From contig JAHQJS010000006.1 in NCBI GenBank assembly GCA_019057385.1, positions 773,038 through 837,037 on the forward strand: a DNA stretch of 64,000 nucleotides, written 5' to 3'. Positions 48,606 to 58,953 of this stretch are shown one piece after another. Position numbers and translations under genes: made by a program. Below the pieces are notes generated by a model, which was given only the letters and a program-made list of their open reading frames with translations, searched no databases and was not told the origin of the DNA. The stretch is from Candidatus Borrarchaeum weybense (GTDB lineage Archaea; Asgardarchaeota; Sifarchaeia; Borrarchaeales; Borrarchaeaceae). Each line of letters starts with the position of its first letter. The first letter of the stretch is position 1.

Positions 48606-51167
48606 TTAATTTGTAAGTTGAAGATCAACTATGCTTCTATCTGTTCCTCTAGTAACCGTGATTGTGTGGCCAGTGTCTTTAATTGTTTGTGTATGTGTGA
48701 TAAGGAAGATTTGATCGAAGGATTTATTATTCATCAATGCGCTTAATACGCCTTCTCTTCTTTCCGTGTCTAAACTTCCAAGAGGTTCATCTAAAATGAT
48801 TGTTTTAAAATAGATAGGATGTAAACCAGATGAACGAAATGGACGTATATGCCCCATCAATTCTGAGATACCCATTCGTAATGCTAATCCGAGTGCAGCC
48901 TTATCACCACCACTAAGCATGTCTTTATCTTTTTCAAGTCCGTCGACCAAATCGGTAAGTGTTATTGATACACCGTGAGTCTTCCCATGCTTAGTAATCA
49001 AGATCTCATTCATCTTATATTGTCCGTAAGTAAATTGCTGCAGATATTTCGAAACGACACTACGTAATGATTTGAAAAGTTTGTTTTGAATAACTTCTTG
49101 AGAGATAAATTGCTCTAAATATGGTTTAATTAGCACATCATGATGCTTAATAGTTGATTCTTCTTGTCGTATTCGTTTTTCAATGTCGTCTAATTTATTT
49201 ATTTCATCCAATAGTTTATTTAAGCGAATAGTTTCTTCATTAATGTCTTTTTTAAGAGAATTGTATTGGTTAAGTTTCTCTTTCTTTTCTTGAAATAAAA
49301 CTTGAATAGCAGTAATCATATCTTGCAACTTTGTAGCTTTAAATCTCTCTAGTAATCCATTAATGGTATCAACACTTAATTTATTCAAAAGATCCTGTTT
49401 CTGGCTTTCATTTTTTATTTTTTCATTTACTATAATTTCCTGTTCCTGCAAAAGTTTCTGAATTCGATCCTCTTTTTCTTGTATCTTTAATGTTAATCTA
49501 CCGATGTCTGTATTAAATTCTTCCAAACGATCCTTTTTTGATGTAAATTCATTTTTAATGCGTCCAATACTCTCGCTAAGTTCACTTATGTCGCTAATAT
49601 TATATTTAGTTAATAAATCCTCATAAGATGAGACTTCAAATGACTTTAAAAGTCGAGAAACTTCAGTTTCAAGATCTGATAAATTATGGTCTATTTGTTG
49701 GGTTCGTGTTAAACAGTGTGAAATGTTTTCAAGTTTTGAAGAATTCTGTCTAATAATCTCTAAGTTCTCTTTCATGGCACGCATTGAAGTTTCATTTTCT
49801 TGTACAAGTTTTACTAATCGATTGATTTCGTTAGTATAATTCAAGATATCTTTTTCGATTCTCTGAACAACTTCATCCAATTCTTCTTCATCATGGAATG
49901 GAGTGAAACAAGTAGGACAGTCTCCCTTTTCTTTAAGTAATTCTATATTAGATTTTAAACTGGAAATCACACCTCTTTTAGTATTTATTGTTCCCAAGAG
50001 ATCCTTTATCTTTTGTTCGATTTCTGTGAGTGATTTCTGTGCCGTCTCTTCATTATTTTGGAGCGTTTCTCTTTGTATTTTTTCATATTCTATTCTCTGT
50101 TCTAAGGTTTGAGGAAAATCAAAACCAGAACTCGATTTGATAAACTCATCGTCCAGACTTTTAATTTGCTCTGTCAGATTTAGTCGCTTGCTAATCAAAT
50201 TTATCAAAGCAGTAACGCTTTCCAGTGTTGGTAGACTCTTAATCTTTTTTTCAAGAGTTTGAAATTCTTTTTCTTCTTTAGAAAGAGTGTGTTTCTCCTT
50301 TTCTAATTCATTACGATCGTCTTTTAGAATATCATTGAGTATGGAGATTTCTTTTGAGTAACCTTCAACTTGATTTGATGCATTTTTAATTTGCTCGTTT
50401 AATGTTTCTATATTTTGGATATCTTCAATTGTTGGATACTTAACAAGTTTATCATCTAAATGCTGAATAACTTGCTCTAAATTCAATTTATCTTCATTTA
50501 ATTTTTCAATATCCTTTTTAAGTTCAGGTAACAATTCCATTTTTCCTTCAATTCTACTTTTTTCACTCATTAAATCTTGTTGCAGAGTAATATGTTCTTC
50601 TCTCATTTCTTTTAGTTCTTCTTTGATAAGATCAAATTGATCAAGTTGAAATAGTTCTTGAATTTTATTACGAAGTTCTGAGCCGCTTACATTTGCTAGA
50701 TAGTCAATTTCACCTTGACGAACAAAAAATGTGCTGTCCAGTTGTTTCCCATCGCAGTTCATAACAGATTCTAACTTCTTACAAACTGCTTTAGAACCTG
50801 AAATCGGATTGATTAATTGATTTTTCTGATTGTAATCATATATCGTTGCTATTGTCGGTTTGCCACGTGTTTTTTCACGTTTAATTCTATATCTTGCATT
50901 CCCTACTTGAACATCCAATTGTACTTTGCATTTTGCTGCATCTTTTTTAATTAATCGATCTTTTAACTCGTCAATTACTCCACAATCCCTCTTTGATCCC
51001 CACAATCCCCACAAAATCGCTTCGATAAGGCTAGATTTTCCAGATGAATTTCGACCTCTTATTGTGTATAGACCATTTGGCAATTCTGATACATTTGCCG
51101 TTTTGTCTGGTAATTCTAACCTTGAAAATGGTTTAAAATTTTCTACTACAATCGATGAGATCTTCAT
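48606..51167 (-). CDS. rad50: Rad50 SMC-like ATPase
   Basis: GRNSSGKS, VRQGE, coiled coil, CPTC zinc hook, LSGGD, ILDEP, ITH. Confidence 0.93.
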   Translation of the reverse strand: MKISSIVVENFKPFSRLELPDKTANVSELPNGLYTIRGRNSSGKSSLIEAILWGLWGSKRDCGVIDELKDRLIKKDAAKCKVQLDVQVGNARYRIKREKTRGKPTIATIYDYNQKNQLINPISGSKAVCKKLESVMNCDGKQLDSTFFVRQGEIDYLANVSGSELRNKIQELFQLDQFDLIKEELKEMREEHITLQQDLMSEKSRIEGKMELLPELKKDIEKLNEDKLNLEQVIQHLDDKLVKYPTIEDIQNIETLNEQIKNASNQVEGYSKEISILNDILKDDRNELEKEKHTLSKEEKEFQTLEKKIKSLPTLESVTALINLISKRLNLTEQIKSLDDEFIKSSSGFDFPQTLEQRIEYEKIQRETLQNNEETAQKSLTEIEQKIKDLLGTINTKRGVISSLKSNIELLKEKGDCPTCFTPFHDEEELDEVVQRIEKDILNYTNEINRLVKLVQENETSMRAMKENLEIIRQNSSKLENISHCLTRTQQIDHNLSDLETEVSRLLKSFEVSSYEDLLTKYNISDISELSESIGRIKNEFTSKKDRLEEFNTDIGRLTLKIQEKEDRIQKLLQEQEIIVNEKIKNESQKQDLLNKLSVDTINGLLERFKATKLQDMITAIQVLFQEKKEKLNQYNSLKKDINEETIRLNKLLDEINKLDDIEKRIRQEESTIKHHDVLIKPYLEQFISQEVIQNKLFKSLRSVVSKYLQQFTYGQYKMNEILITKHGKTHGVSITLTDLVDGLEKDKDMLSGGDKAALGLALRMGISELMGHIRPFRSSGLHPIYFKTIILDEPLGSLDTERREGVLSALMNNKSFDQIFLITHTQTIKDTGHTITVTRGTDRSIVDLQLTN

Positions 51168-51224
51168 TAAGATCGCCTCTGGAGCCTCTTTCCTTTTAAG
51201 CTGGAGAGGAAAGAGGTGCAGAAA

Positions 51225-52427
51225 CTAACATAACGTGAATAATAACCCTTTTCCATATTTTACCAACTTAACGTTTTTAATTGCAATACTTGGATTTTTC
51301 CCTTTAGGATTTTCTAACACAACGCGCTTTCCAAGACAATGAACTCCTTTTACTCTATAGATTTTATTGTTATATTTTACAAGGTCATACGGTTGTAATT
51401 TGTATATCTGTCTCCTAATTGATGGCTTAAACCCTTTTCTATTCTTCTGTAGCGAACGATTATTTCTTCTGATTTGCTTGACCTTATACCGTCGGCAGCG
51501 TTCTTGATTGCTTCCACCAGCAATGACAAACGCATCGCTAACATGCGACTTTTCTAGCCCTAGTTTGGTACGCTGATATTTAGTAACGTATCCGTAGGTA
51601 TGCTCTGCCCCTAACTGCTCAACTATCCTCCAACGGAAAATATTCAAACATGTAGGTGCTTTAAGTGGTTGATTTGCCTGGTGCTGGATGGTAGAATAGC
51701 CAAACTCCTCAGCGGTCTGATTTCCCTTCTTTACATTACAAGTTCTACATGAGATTGTCAAATTAGACACTCGATCTGACCCACCTCTGCTTTTAGGAAT
51801 AATATGCTCGACTTCTAAAGGGATATCCTTTTTACCACAATAAGCACATGTTCGCCCCCACTTGTCTAACAGGTATTCCTTGACTTCGTAACCCTGAAGT
51901 TCACCCTGCTGATATGCTATGCCTGTAATTTCTGGCTGCTGCATTTTTTGAGTGTCGAAATTGGCTACTTCTACCCTTTTGTAGGTTATCGGTAGTATTG
52001 TTTCAAGCTTCGCAACTAATCTAATATGTGAATCTAATCTATGTTGATTACTAGGTGCTAACCATCCTTTAGGTCTTGTTCGGTTATTAAATCGAGGTGA
52101 TCTATACCCTAATCTTCTTCTACGGGCTTTGCGATACATCCGTCGTTCTTCTAGTTTTTGAGGCATATCTTTCCGAAGTGTTACTGTCCCACTTATGAGC
52201 TCTAACTTGTCGTTTTTGGCACTAAAACCGATGTTCGTATATCCGAGGTCCACTCCAAGTGTAATCGGTTGCCTAGTTTCTCCGGTGGAATAGTTCAACT
52301 GAATGGTAAAAGGGCATCTCTGAACAACGTGTGCCTTGCCGTCTCGTAGTAATTTCTTTCCTTTGGGTTGTGTAGTAGGCATGAGAGGTTGCCCTCTCAT
52401 GTTCAACACATAGATAGGTACTCTCAA
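51225..52427 (-). CDS. iscB: IscB RNA-guided endonuclease
   Basis: PLMP, LGVDLG, VEVANFD, HNH, SHVSDA all intact. Confidence 0.95.
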   Translation of the reverse strand: MRVPIYVLNMRGQPLMPTTQPKGKKLLRDGKAHVVQRCPFTIQLNYSTGETRQPITLGVDLGYTNIGFSAKNDKLELISGTVTLRKDMPQKLEERRMYRKARRRRLGYRSPRFNNRTRPKGWLAPSNQHRLDSHIRLVAKLETILPITYKRVEVANFDTQKMQQPEITGIAYQQGELQGYEVKEYLLDKWGRTCAYCGKKDIPLEVEHIIPKSRGGSDRVSNLTISCRTCNVKKGNQTAEEFGYSTIQHQANQPLKAPTCLNIFRWRIVEQLGAEHTYGYVTKYQRTKLGLEKSHVSDAFVIAGGSNQERCRRYKVKQIRRNNRSLQKNRKGFKPSIRRQIYKLQPYDLVKYNNKIYRVKGVHCLGKRVVLENPKGKNPSIAIKNVKLVKYGKGLLFTLC

Positions 52428-52699
52428 GTCCTATCTCCTCCTTTAAATTGCTTTAAAGTCGGTTGGTTCTCTTCGCCAAGGTTATCAGTCAGTACTCTAC
52501 GATGATCACTGAGAGTTTCCTCTCTGTTTAAACCACCGTTTACAGAGCAAGGGACTAGAGAAGCATCCCGTGGTGTGTTCTTTAACTCTCCTGATAACAT
52601 AGATATCGTCATAAACTATATGACCTCTCTTAGGCTAATCAACTAATTGCTCTTACTCCTCACGGAATAAGCCCCTACCTTTTGGGTGGGGTATTTGAC
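52428..52699 (-). ncRNA. omegaRNA scaffold of IscB element 3
   Basis: Core nearly identical to the other two iscB scaffolds. Confidence 0.8.
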
Positions 52700-53973
52700 G
52701 CTTCCTCTACTCTTTTCACTGCATCAGAAAAAAGCCTAATGAGTAGATCTATATCATAATCTTCAGGTGATATCTTTTCAATGAATTTTCTAAAATCTTT
52801 TTCTGGATTTTCGATTAGATACTCAACTTCTTCTCCAGGTTTAAGCTCCAAGTCTTCTGCAATAGGATCTGATATTCTGCCTATTGAGAATTGGAGTATG
52901 TTATAATCATCCTTTCGCATTATTTCATTATATAACTCAGTTAGTTCTGCATTGAAGCGTGCCCAGAATGTATGAGGCATATCGCCTTTCACACCAATTT
53001 TGACACGAAACGCTGAATCAAAATCAAATCCAGTAGCTAATTTGTGTGTGTTGAGATACTTTTGTACTTTTTCAATTACCGCTGAAGGAGGATCGTCAGT
53101 ATTTGCATCAATTATCGTAGAAAGCATAGGTCGCGAATCAAGGGTGATAGATGTAACATTGGGTAGTTCATCATGTTCTGCTTGTACCTCTAATATTACT
53201 TTTTCTTGATCTGATTCATCAAAACGCCAACGCTCTATTGCTCCTGCATTATAGGCTTTTTTGCTAATTTTTTCAAAATGATGATTATGTCCGACCGCTA
53301 AATAATCAAAATCTATATCAAGAAGTTCTGCTGGCAAAGTTTCATCTAGTTTCATTCCATGGGTTACACCTATTTCTGTAACACCTTTATTTGAAGTATT
53401 GTAAGTTTTCAGCCAATTTAAATACTCATCTTTAGCATCTTCGCTAAGTGATCCAAGATATTTTTTATTAACGAATGGAAAACAATGAATTACACAGTCT
53501 TTTTCGTTGAGATTGTAGATCAATTGTTTTTTGTTCCCTTGCAAGACGTTTATTAGGTCATCCCAAAATGTAAAGACCTTCACATTTTCTAGAACTTCAA
53601 AACTCTGTATCGTTGAAGTCCTTCGGGAATGAAAAATGCCATGATTTCCATCTATTATGATCGTTGGAATGCCTGCACGATCTAATCTTTTAAGTCCTTT
53701 AACTGCGATGTTCCGAGAAGCCTCAGACGGTGGATAAGGATGTCTTAAAAAGGGGTAATGATAGAAATCGCCGCTATGAACAATAAAATCAATTTCATCC
53801 TTTTTTTCAAGCGCATATGTAATAATCTTCCAATAGGCCCTTGCAAAATCAAATTCAATTGGTTGGAAGTTCATATTGAGATATTTTATTGTCATATGTC
53901 GGACATCGCTTGAAGTGCACCCAAGATGGGTATCTGAAACATGCAAAAAGTTGACCATTATGAAGTTCCTCAT
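52675..53973 (-). CDS. mre11: Mre11 nuclease (last 7 aa supplied by the IS end)
   Basis: HVSDTHLG, HSGD, GNH, HG, GHNH; start may be 53958. Confidence 0.9.
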   Translation of the reverse strand: MRNFIMVNFLHVSDTHLGCTSSDVRHMTIKYLNMNFQPIEFDFARAYWKIITYALEKKDEIDFIVHSGDFYHYPFLRHPYPPSEASRNIAVKGLKRLDRAGIPTIIIDGNHGIFHSRRTSTIQSFEVLENVKVFTFWDDLINVLQGNKKQLIYNLNEKDCVIHCFPFVNKKYLGSLSEDAKDEYLNWLKTYNTSNKGVTEIGVTHGMKLDETLPAELLDIDFDYLAVGHNHHFEKISKKAYNAGAIERWRFDESDQEKVILEVQAEHDELPNVTSITLDSRPMLSTIIDANTDDPPSAVIEKVQKYLNTHKLATGFDFDSAFRVKIGVKGDMPHTFWARFNAELTELYNEIMRKDDYNILQFSIGRISDPIAEDLELKPGEEVEYLIENPEKDFRKFIEKISPEDYDIDLLIRLFSDAVKRVEEASNTPPKR

Positions 53974-55721
53974 TACAGTATAACTTTTGGATCCTTAGCA
54001 TCTTTAATGGTAGTATATTTTGCACTATCCTTTTTAAAACGATCGTCAAAGAGAGGTACATGAACAACAAAAGGAAGATCACGATAACTTGCTGTTACAA
54101 CAGCTTCTCCACGATCTAATACCTTAAATTCACTCTCAAAGTCTGAAATGTCTCTGCTAGCTGCTTTTATGGCTAATCGTATTTCATCAGCATTTCCAAG
54201 TGCTAAAACAATTTGTGTGTTAAGTTGACTCAATAGAGCGGGATTAATCGATGAAACTTGTTGACTTATGACCGCCAAACCGATTCCAAACTTTCTGCCT
54301 TGACGGGAAATAGCTTTATAGACATTACCTTCAAATCTCATTAGATCTGGAGTGAGAATAGAGGGTGCTTCTTCCACAGTTATGAGAATAGGAACAAGCT
54401 CTGAAGTGTCTTTTACTGTAGTTTGATCTTTTAAGTAGAACTTTTGTATCAAGTTTTTTTGTGAAAAGTCTTTTCTAATGCATTCAGATAAATCACGCGT
54501 TGCAATTTGCTTCTTTAGGATATCTAGTGTATTACTGGATTTTACTGCTTTGCGCAGTTCAAAAACTGTGCGCGCAATTATTGTTGTGCTGAGAAATTGC
54601 TCCCTTTGACTCGTAATGCTTGTATTGAATAATAATACACGCCCCATCTCAAGGGCAGAAACAACATCTAACAGATTTGAACCAGTGTAGCCATCACGAA
54701 AAATGTTAGATCGTCTTAAGAAGGCCAAGTATCTTTCGACAGCATTAACTGTTGCATCCATAAAACCTTGCGCGTCTCCAACATTATTTATCCATTCGTC
54801 ACCGTAAACTGCATGTAGTGAATACATATAAGCTATTTGTGGTGGGGTAAATTGATGGATAGACATAAGATCAATTGGCAGTATCTCTTGTAAGGAAATT
54901 TTGAGTTTTTTAGCATATCTTTGGACATCCCTTGCTGTAGCATCGATACTAGTGGTTAGGTAATAGAAATCGCCAAAAAGCTCACGTCGTACTTTGCTTG
55001 AGCGACTGTCGATTTCATCTATGATATCTTGTATTCCAAACTTTCCTGTCCCTAATGCATATTCATCATGTGGATCGATTGTTAAGAGAGTTATTCTATC
55101 TTCAATACCGTTTAAATAACATTGAAGGTTGTAATCTATGAAGGATTTTGTGATAACCTGCATTAGATTAGATTTTCCAGAGCCAGTAGCACCAAAAATA
55201 CCAACGTGCATTGGAATTTTTCCTTTCGGTATCATAACATCAATATTGAGACTTTCTTCACCTACCAGTAAGTCCCCGACAAATATATCGCCTGAAAGTT
55301 GTGATGCTAAAATATCCTTCAAAGAATCTTCGTTTTGAACTTTCTGAACTTTATAGATTGCTGAAAAATGTTCAGGTAGTCGTCTAGCTTTTTTGAAAAC
55401 GAATTTATTGTCTTTATCATGGTATTTGCCATATCCTAATAGACTTCCTTCGACAGCAATGAGTTTTTCCTCTTCCAAATTAGCAAGATATGCGTCTTTT
55501 TCGACAACCAAGGTTTCAGCAACGGTATCAATAGAGCTGAGTCGTCTTATTATATTCTCAAAATTACTTATACGAAAAATAAAATACCGATACTCACCTC
55601 TCGAAGATGGAATAAGAAAGATGTCTCCTACAGAAAGATCTTCATTTTTTGTAATAACAACAAGTTTTCCTAAATGCCCTCCGGCTAAGACGCCAAATGG
55701 CATACCTAGATCTAATTCCAA
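53973..55721 (-). CDS. herA: HerA helicase/ATPase
   Basis: HAS-barrel N-terminus, HVGIFGATGSGKS, DPHDEY, VEEA, RQGRKFG, ISQ. Confidence 0.9.
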   Translation of the reverse strand: MELDLGMPFGVLAGGHLGKLVVITKNEDLSVGDIFLIPSSRGEYRYFIFRISNFENIIRRLSSIDTVAETLVVEKDAYLANLEEEKLIAVEGSLLGYGKYHDKDNKFVFKKARRLPEHFSAIYKVQKVQNEDSLKDILASQLSGDIFVGDLLVGEESLNIDVMIPKGKIPMHVGIFGATGSGKSNLMQVITKSFIDYNLQCYLNGIEDRITLLTIDPHDEYALGTGKFGIQDIIDEIDSRSSKVRRELFGDFYYLTTSIDATARDVQRYAKKLKISLQEILPIDLMSIHQFTPPQIAYMYSLHAVYGDEWINNVGDAQGFMDATVNAVERYLAFLRRSNIFRDGYTGSNLLDVVSALEMGRVLLFNTSITSQREQFLSTTIIARTVFELRKAVKSSNTLDILKKQIATRDLSECIRKDFSQKNLIQKFYLKDQTTVKDTSELVPILITVEEAPSILTPDLMRFEGNVYKAISRQGRKFGIGLAVISQQVSSINPALLSQLNTQIVLALGNADEIRLAIKAASRDISDFESEFKVLDRGEAVVTASYRDLPFVVHVPLFDDRFKKDSAKYTTIKDAKDPKVIL

Positions 55722-55733
55722 GTTTGCTCATCC

Positions 55734-56999
55734 TCACAATCCTATTTTTTTCCTAGCTGATATTAAATGTTCTTCCTTTATGCCTAATTCTTTTGCAATT
55801 TGTATTGCCCTACTAGTTAAAACCTCACGAACGATGTGAGTTAGAGTACATTTTTTATGAGCGAATCCAGGTGGACAAGGATAGCCATACCAGTTTGCTT
55901 CATGGCTCATGAAGTCAAGTTCTCTAAATAGTTTCATTTCACGGTTCTTCATTTTTTCTTTATCTTCATTGAAAATAGACTTCATCCACCAAAAATAGTC
56001 AAAGTCGATTCTAAATATCGGAGAAGTCTCAGAAAACTTGAAAATATAAGTAACTGCCATAGCAGGGGGTATTTCTCGATTTTCATAGATAGTGAGTTTC
56101 CCTTGCGGATCTTCACGACCTGGTATTCGACAAAACCAATGTGCATGGGATCCAAAACGCTCTTTAGCAATATCTGAAATTTGCGTGGCTCCAGGAAGTG
56201 TATGTGTTTTGCTCAATCCACAGACAATGATATCGCGTTTTCTTGAAGTTAAACATAGATCTCTAAGAAGATAATCCCCAATTGGCACTTTCTGTCTGCC
56301 TGGTGGAAAAATTGTTAATGATCCATCGAGAATAAGATATTTTATTGGTAAATCACTAAGTACAACCTGTTTTGCCAGACTATATTCCGCAATTTCTCGT
56401 ACCGATTGAAGTATGTTATCCTCCTGCAGTGGACTTGGGAATAGAATATAATTTAGTAGTTCCGATGCGATTTTTTTAATTAATTTATTTTTATCAGTGA
56501 TTTGTAATTCCTCTGGATCCCATTCTGAATACTCCGTCATATGTGAGAGAATTGGATCAACTAAATCTGGCATTGGGTAGACTGACTCACAAAAATCAAT
56601 TAATTGTTGAATGAAAAGCGATCGATCCGCTGAAAAGTTAAAAACTTTCGTTAATAGTCCATTATTTGGAATTACGTCATCTAAAGCTATAAATTTCATT
56701 GGTTTGTTTTCATGTGTATTTGTATTGTGAATTACAGTCGCTGCTGTCACTAATTGTATAAAATTGTCTTCAAAATTACAAAGAGAAGATATACCACTTC
56801 CGTCTACCGCTGCAACTAAAAAATCATCATCAAATTTATGTGCAAATGGAAACGGCTCAAATTTCATTAATAGGTTTTCTAATCTCTGTAAATCTTGATT
56901 TAGTTTTTTAGCTTGAGATATGCTCCTTTCCTTAAGAAGTTTGAAAGTCTCTCGCATCTCTTCATCAAAAGTTTTCGAAAAAAAATTGTCTATGGACAA
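55734..56999 (-). CDS. nurA: NurA nuclease
   Basis: VAAVDGS, E...A, ILDGSL, GLSK, GYP.P...AH. Confidence 0.88.
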   Translation of the reverse strand: MSIDNFFSKTFDEEMRETFKLLKERSISQAKKLNQDLQRLENLLMKFEPFPFAHKFDDDFLVAAVDGSGISSLCNFEDNFIQLVTAATVIHNTNTHENKPMKFIALDDVIPNNGLLTKVFNFSADRSLFIQQLIDFCESVYPMPDLVDPILSHMTEYSEWDPEELQITDKNKLIKKIASELLNYILFPSPLQEDNILQSVREIAEYSLAKQVVLSDLPIKYLILDGSLTIFPPGRQKVPIGDYLLRDLCLTSRKRDIIVCGLSKTHTLPGATQISDIAKERFGSHAHWFCRIPGREDPQGKLTIYENREIPPAMAVTYIFKFSETSPIFRIDFDYFWWMKSIFNEDKEKMKNREMKLFRELDFMSHEANWYGYPCPPGFAHKKCTLTHIVREVLTSRAIQIAKELGIKEEHLISARKKIGL

Positions 57000-57358
57000 A
57001 GTAACTCCTCAGTACTAATTTACTATACTGTGTATAAATTTCTTGATTTATAAACAACTACAGGGATCAGTGAAAGTGATCAAAATAAGGGTTTTTAATG
57101 TAAAGTATCCTGCAGATATTGAGAGTTATCAGAAATCAGGTTAGAACGCCAAAACGTTATTTATAAATAACCTTAAATTAATGGCACAAACTTTTTGCTT
57201 AGTCACGTTCTTATATCACTCAACTTGAGTTACATCTCAATTATCATAGGGAATTGGTCGATTGGAAAGCTTCTCGTTCTGGCAAAGATGGTTCAAATTC
57301 CTTAATTGTACTCTCCTTAAACATCAAAAAGAAATTTGTGATCAAGAGTTTATAGATA

Positions 57359-58159
57359 TTAAGAGGATTTCGCATTTTCTTTTAAAATAGACAATTTAGA
57401 CCTAATTTTTGAACGATAATATTCAGAGGGGATCTTTTCTGATAATTTTAATGCGATCTGAACGATTTCCAGGTTTCTATTGTGTGTAGCAGTTTTTGTT
57501 AAGAGTCGCGTGATTTCCACAATAGCTTTTTCACGATAATTTTTCAGCTCGATTTGATCTACAATTTTCAAAACGTCTTTGATATAAGAGATATCAGTTG
57601 TGTTTTTACAAAGATCAGCAAGACGGAATGCAATATTTCTTAAAAGCATTTTGCGATAATCTTTATCATTGAACTTTTTACTTAATACTAAGATTTCATT
57701 AAGTATAGAAAGGTTTCTTGACTTCTTAACAATGTTTCTCAAAATTACAGTTACTTGATGTGCAATATCGATGTGAGGTTGATCTATAATATTATTAAGA
57801 ATTTTTTCTGTAATTTCAAGAGTTTCATGAAGAATTTTAACATTCTGAATTTCGGAACTGGTTTCACTCAGCGATCTTGCAATTTCAAGAAGAATTTCTA
57901 AACGAGATGCAGTGAAAACAATTTCGTTTGCAATGTTTATAGCTTCATGAATGATTTGAATAGCTTCTTGCATTTTATCCAGTTTCAACATTGCTTGTGC
58001 AATTTCATTTAGGACATATGGTCTTAAATATTCGCTTTGTATTGTTTTTGCTAGATTTATTGCCTTCTCAAGTTGGATCATGGCTTGATCTTTTCTCCCT
58101 TTTCCAATAAGAAAAAATACTTCTTTTAGCACCTTTTTTGCTTGTTCAGAAGCATCCAT
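57359..58159 (-). CDS. Alpha-helical repeat (TPR/HEAT-like) protein
   Basis: Repeated A..I.....R...L..IA units; start placed at MDASEQ. Confidence 0.6.
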   Translation of the reverse strand: MDASEQAKKVLKEVFFLIGKGRKDQAMIQLEKAINLAKTIQSEYLRPYVLNEIAQAMLKLDKMQEAIQIIHEAINIANEIVFTASRLEILLEIARSLSETSSEIQNVKILHETLEITEKILNNIIDQPHIDIAHQVTVILRNIVKKSRNLSILNEILVLSKKFNDKDYRKMLLRNIAFRLADLCKNTTDISYIKDVLKIVDQIELKNYREKAIVEITRLLTKTATHNRNLEIVQIALKLSEKIPSEYYRSKIRSKLSILKENAKSS

Positions 58160-58414
58160 TTCAATCAACTCCGTGCAAATGAACCTCCTTACCCTAAACT
58201 TGCCCCTAAGACTTGAGAAGAAAAATAGGTCCGAATTATAGATTACTATTAGCATCTATATAAAACTGAAATGAACTATTCCCTTAATAATTCTAAAATT
58301 AAGATTATCAGCAAAAATGCATATTAAAAGTCGTAAGAATAATGATTTAAATGAAGAAATAATAAGATATTCTTGTTATTTATAAGCTACAAGAAACAAA
58401 GGGAGGAATTTTAA

Positions 58415-58876
58415 ACGTATAATAAGATTTTAGTTCCGGTAGATGGCTCTAAAATTGCTTTAAAAGCTGCAGGTCACGCAATCAATATGGCTAAACTCAT
58501 GAACGCAGAAATAGAGGTCCTTCATGTAATACCCGAAACCGAAGAAGCTGAAAAAGAGAAAAAATTTCTGGAAGACAAAGTTGAAGAATCGCTTAGTCTA
58601 TTTACTGAACTTTTTGGACAAAGTTATATCAACCAAATAGAAGAGGTTTGTAGCACGCAAGGAGTAGCTATGACAAAGATAATAGAACGTGGTGAACCCG
58701 GTCCAAAAATTGTGGAGGAAGCAAAAAAGCAAGATATCGAACTGATTGTAATCGGTCGCCGAAGCGAAACAACGGAAGCCAAGCTAATGGGAAATATCAC
58801 AGAATATGTATTGAAAAACTCAAGATGCCCAGTTTTAATCGTTACAACAGATGCACCTAATTTCTGTGAATTATAA
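58415..58876 (+). CDS. Universal stress protein (UspA family), ACG at the start position
   Basis: ACG-YNKILVPVDGS in frame with the ORF, after GGAGG; paralog of 60653. Confidence 0.8.
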   Translation, partial: TYNKILVPVDGSKIALKAAGHAINMAKLMNAEIEVLHVIPETEEAEKEKKFLEDKVEESLSLFTELFGQSYINQIEEVCSTQGVAMTKIIERGEPGPKIVEEAKKQDIELIVIGRRSETTEAKLMGNITEYVLKNSRCPVLIVTTDAPNFCEL

Positions 58877-58953
58877 AGGTACTATGAATCGAAAGGAAAA
58901 AATTGAGCTAGTAGGTTTTCCGGTATTGAGTATCATAATTTAAAGATTGGCTA

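Larger units (their letters stand above)
51168..52699 (-). mobile_element. IS200/IS605 IscB element 3 inserted between mre11 and rad50
   Basis: 5' GTCAAATACCCC at 52699; 3' end abuts the rad50 ATG. Confidence 0.92.

Noticed and set aside
57248-57303. tRNA-like GGTTCAAATTCC motif
   Set aside because: T-stem does not pair and no cloverleaf can be formed.
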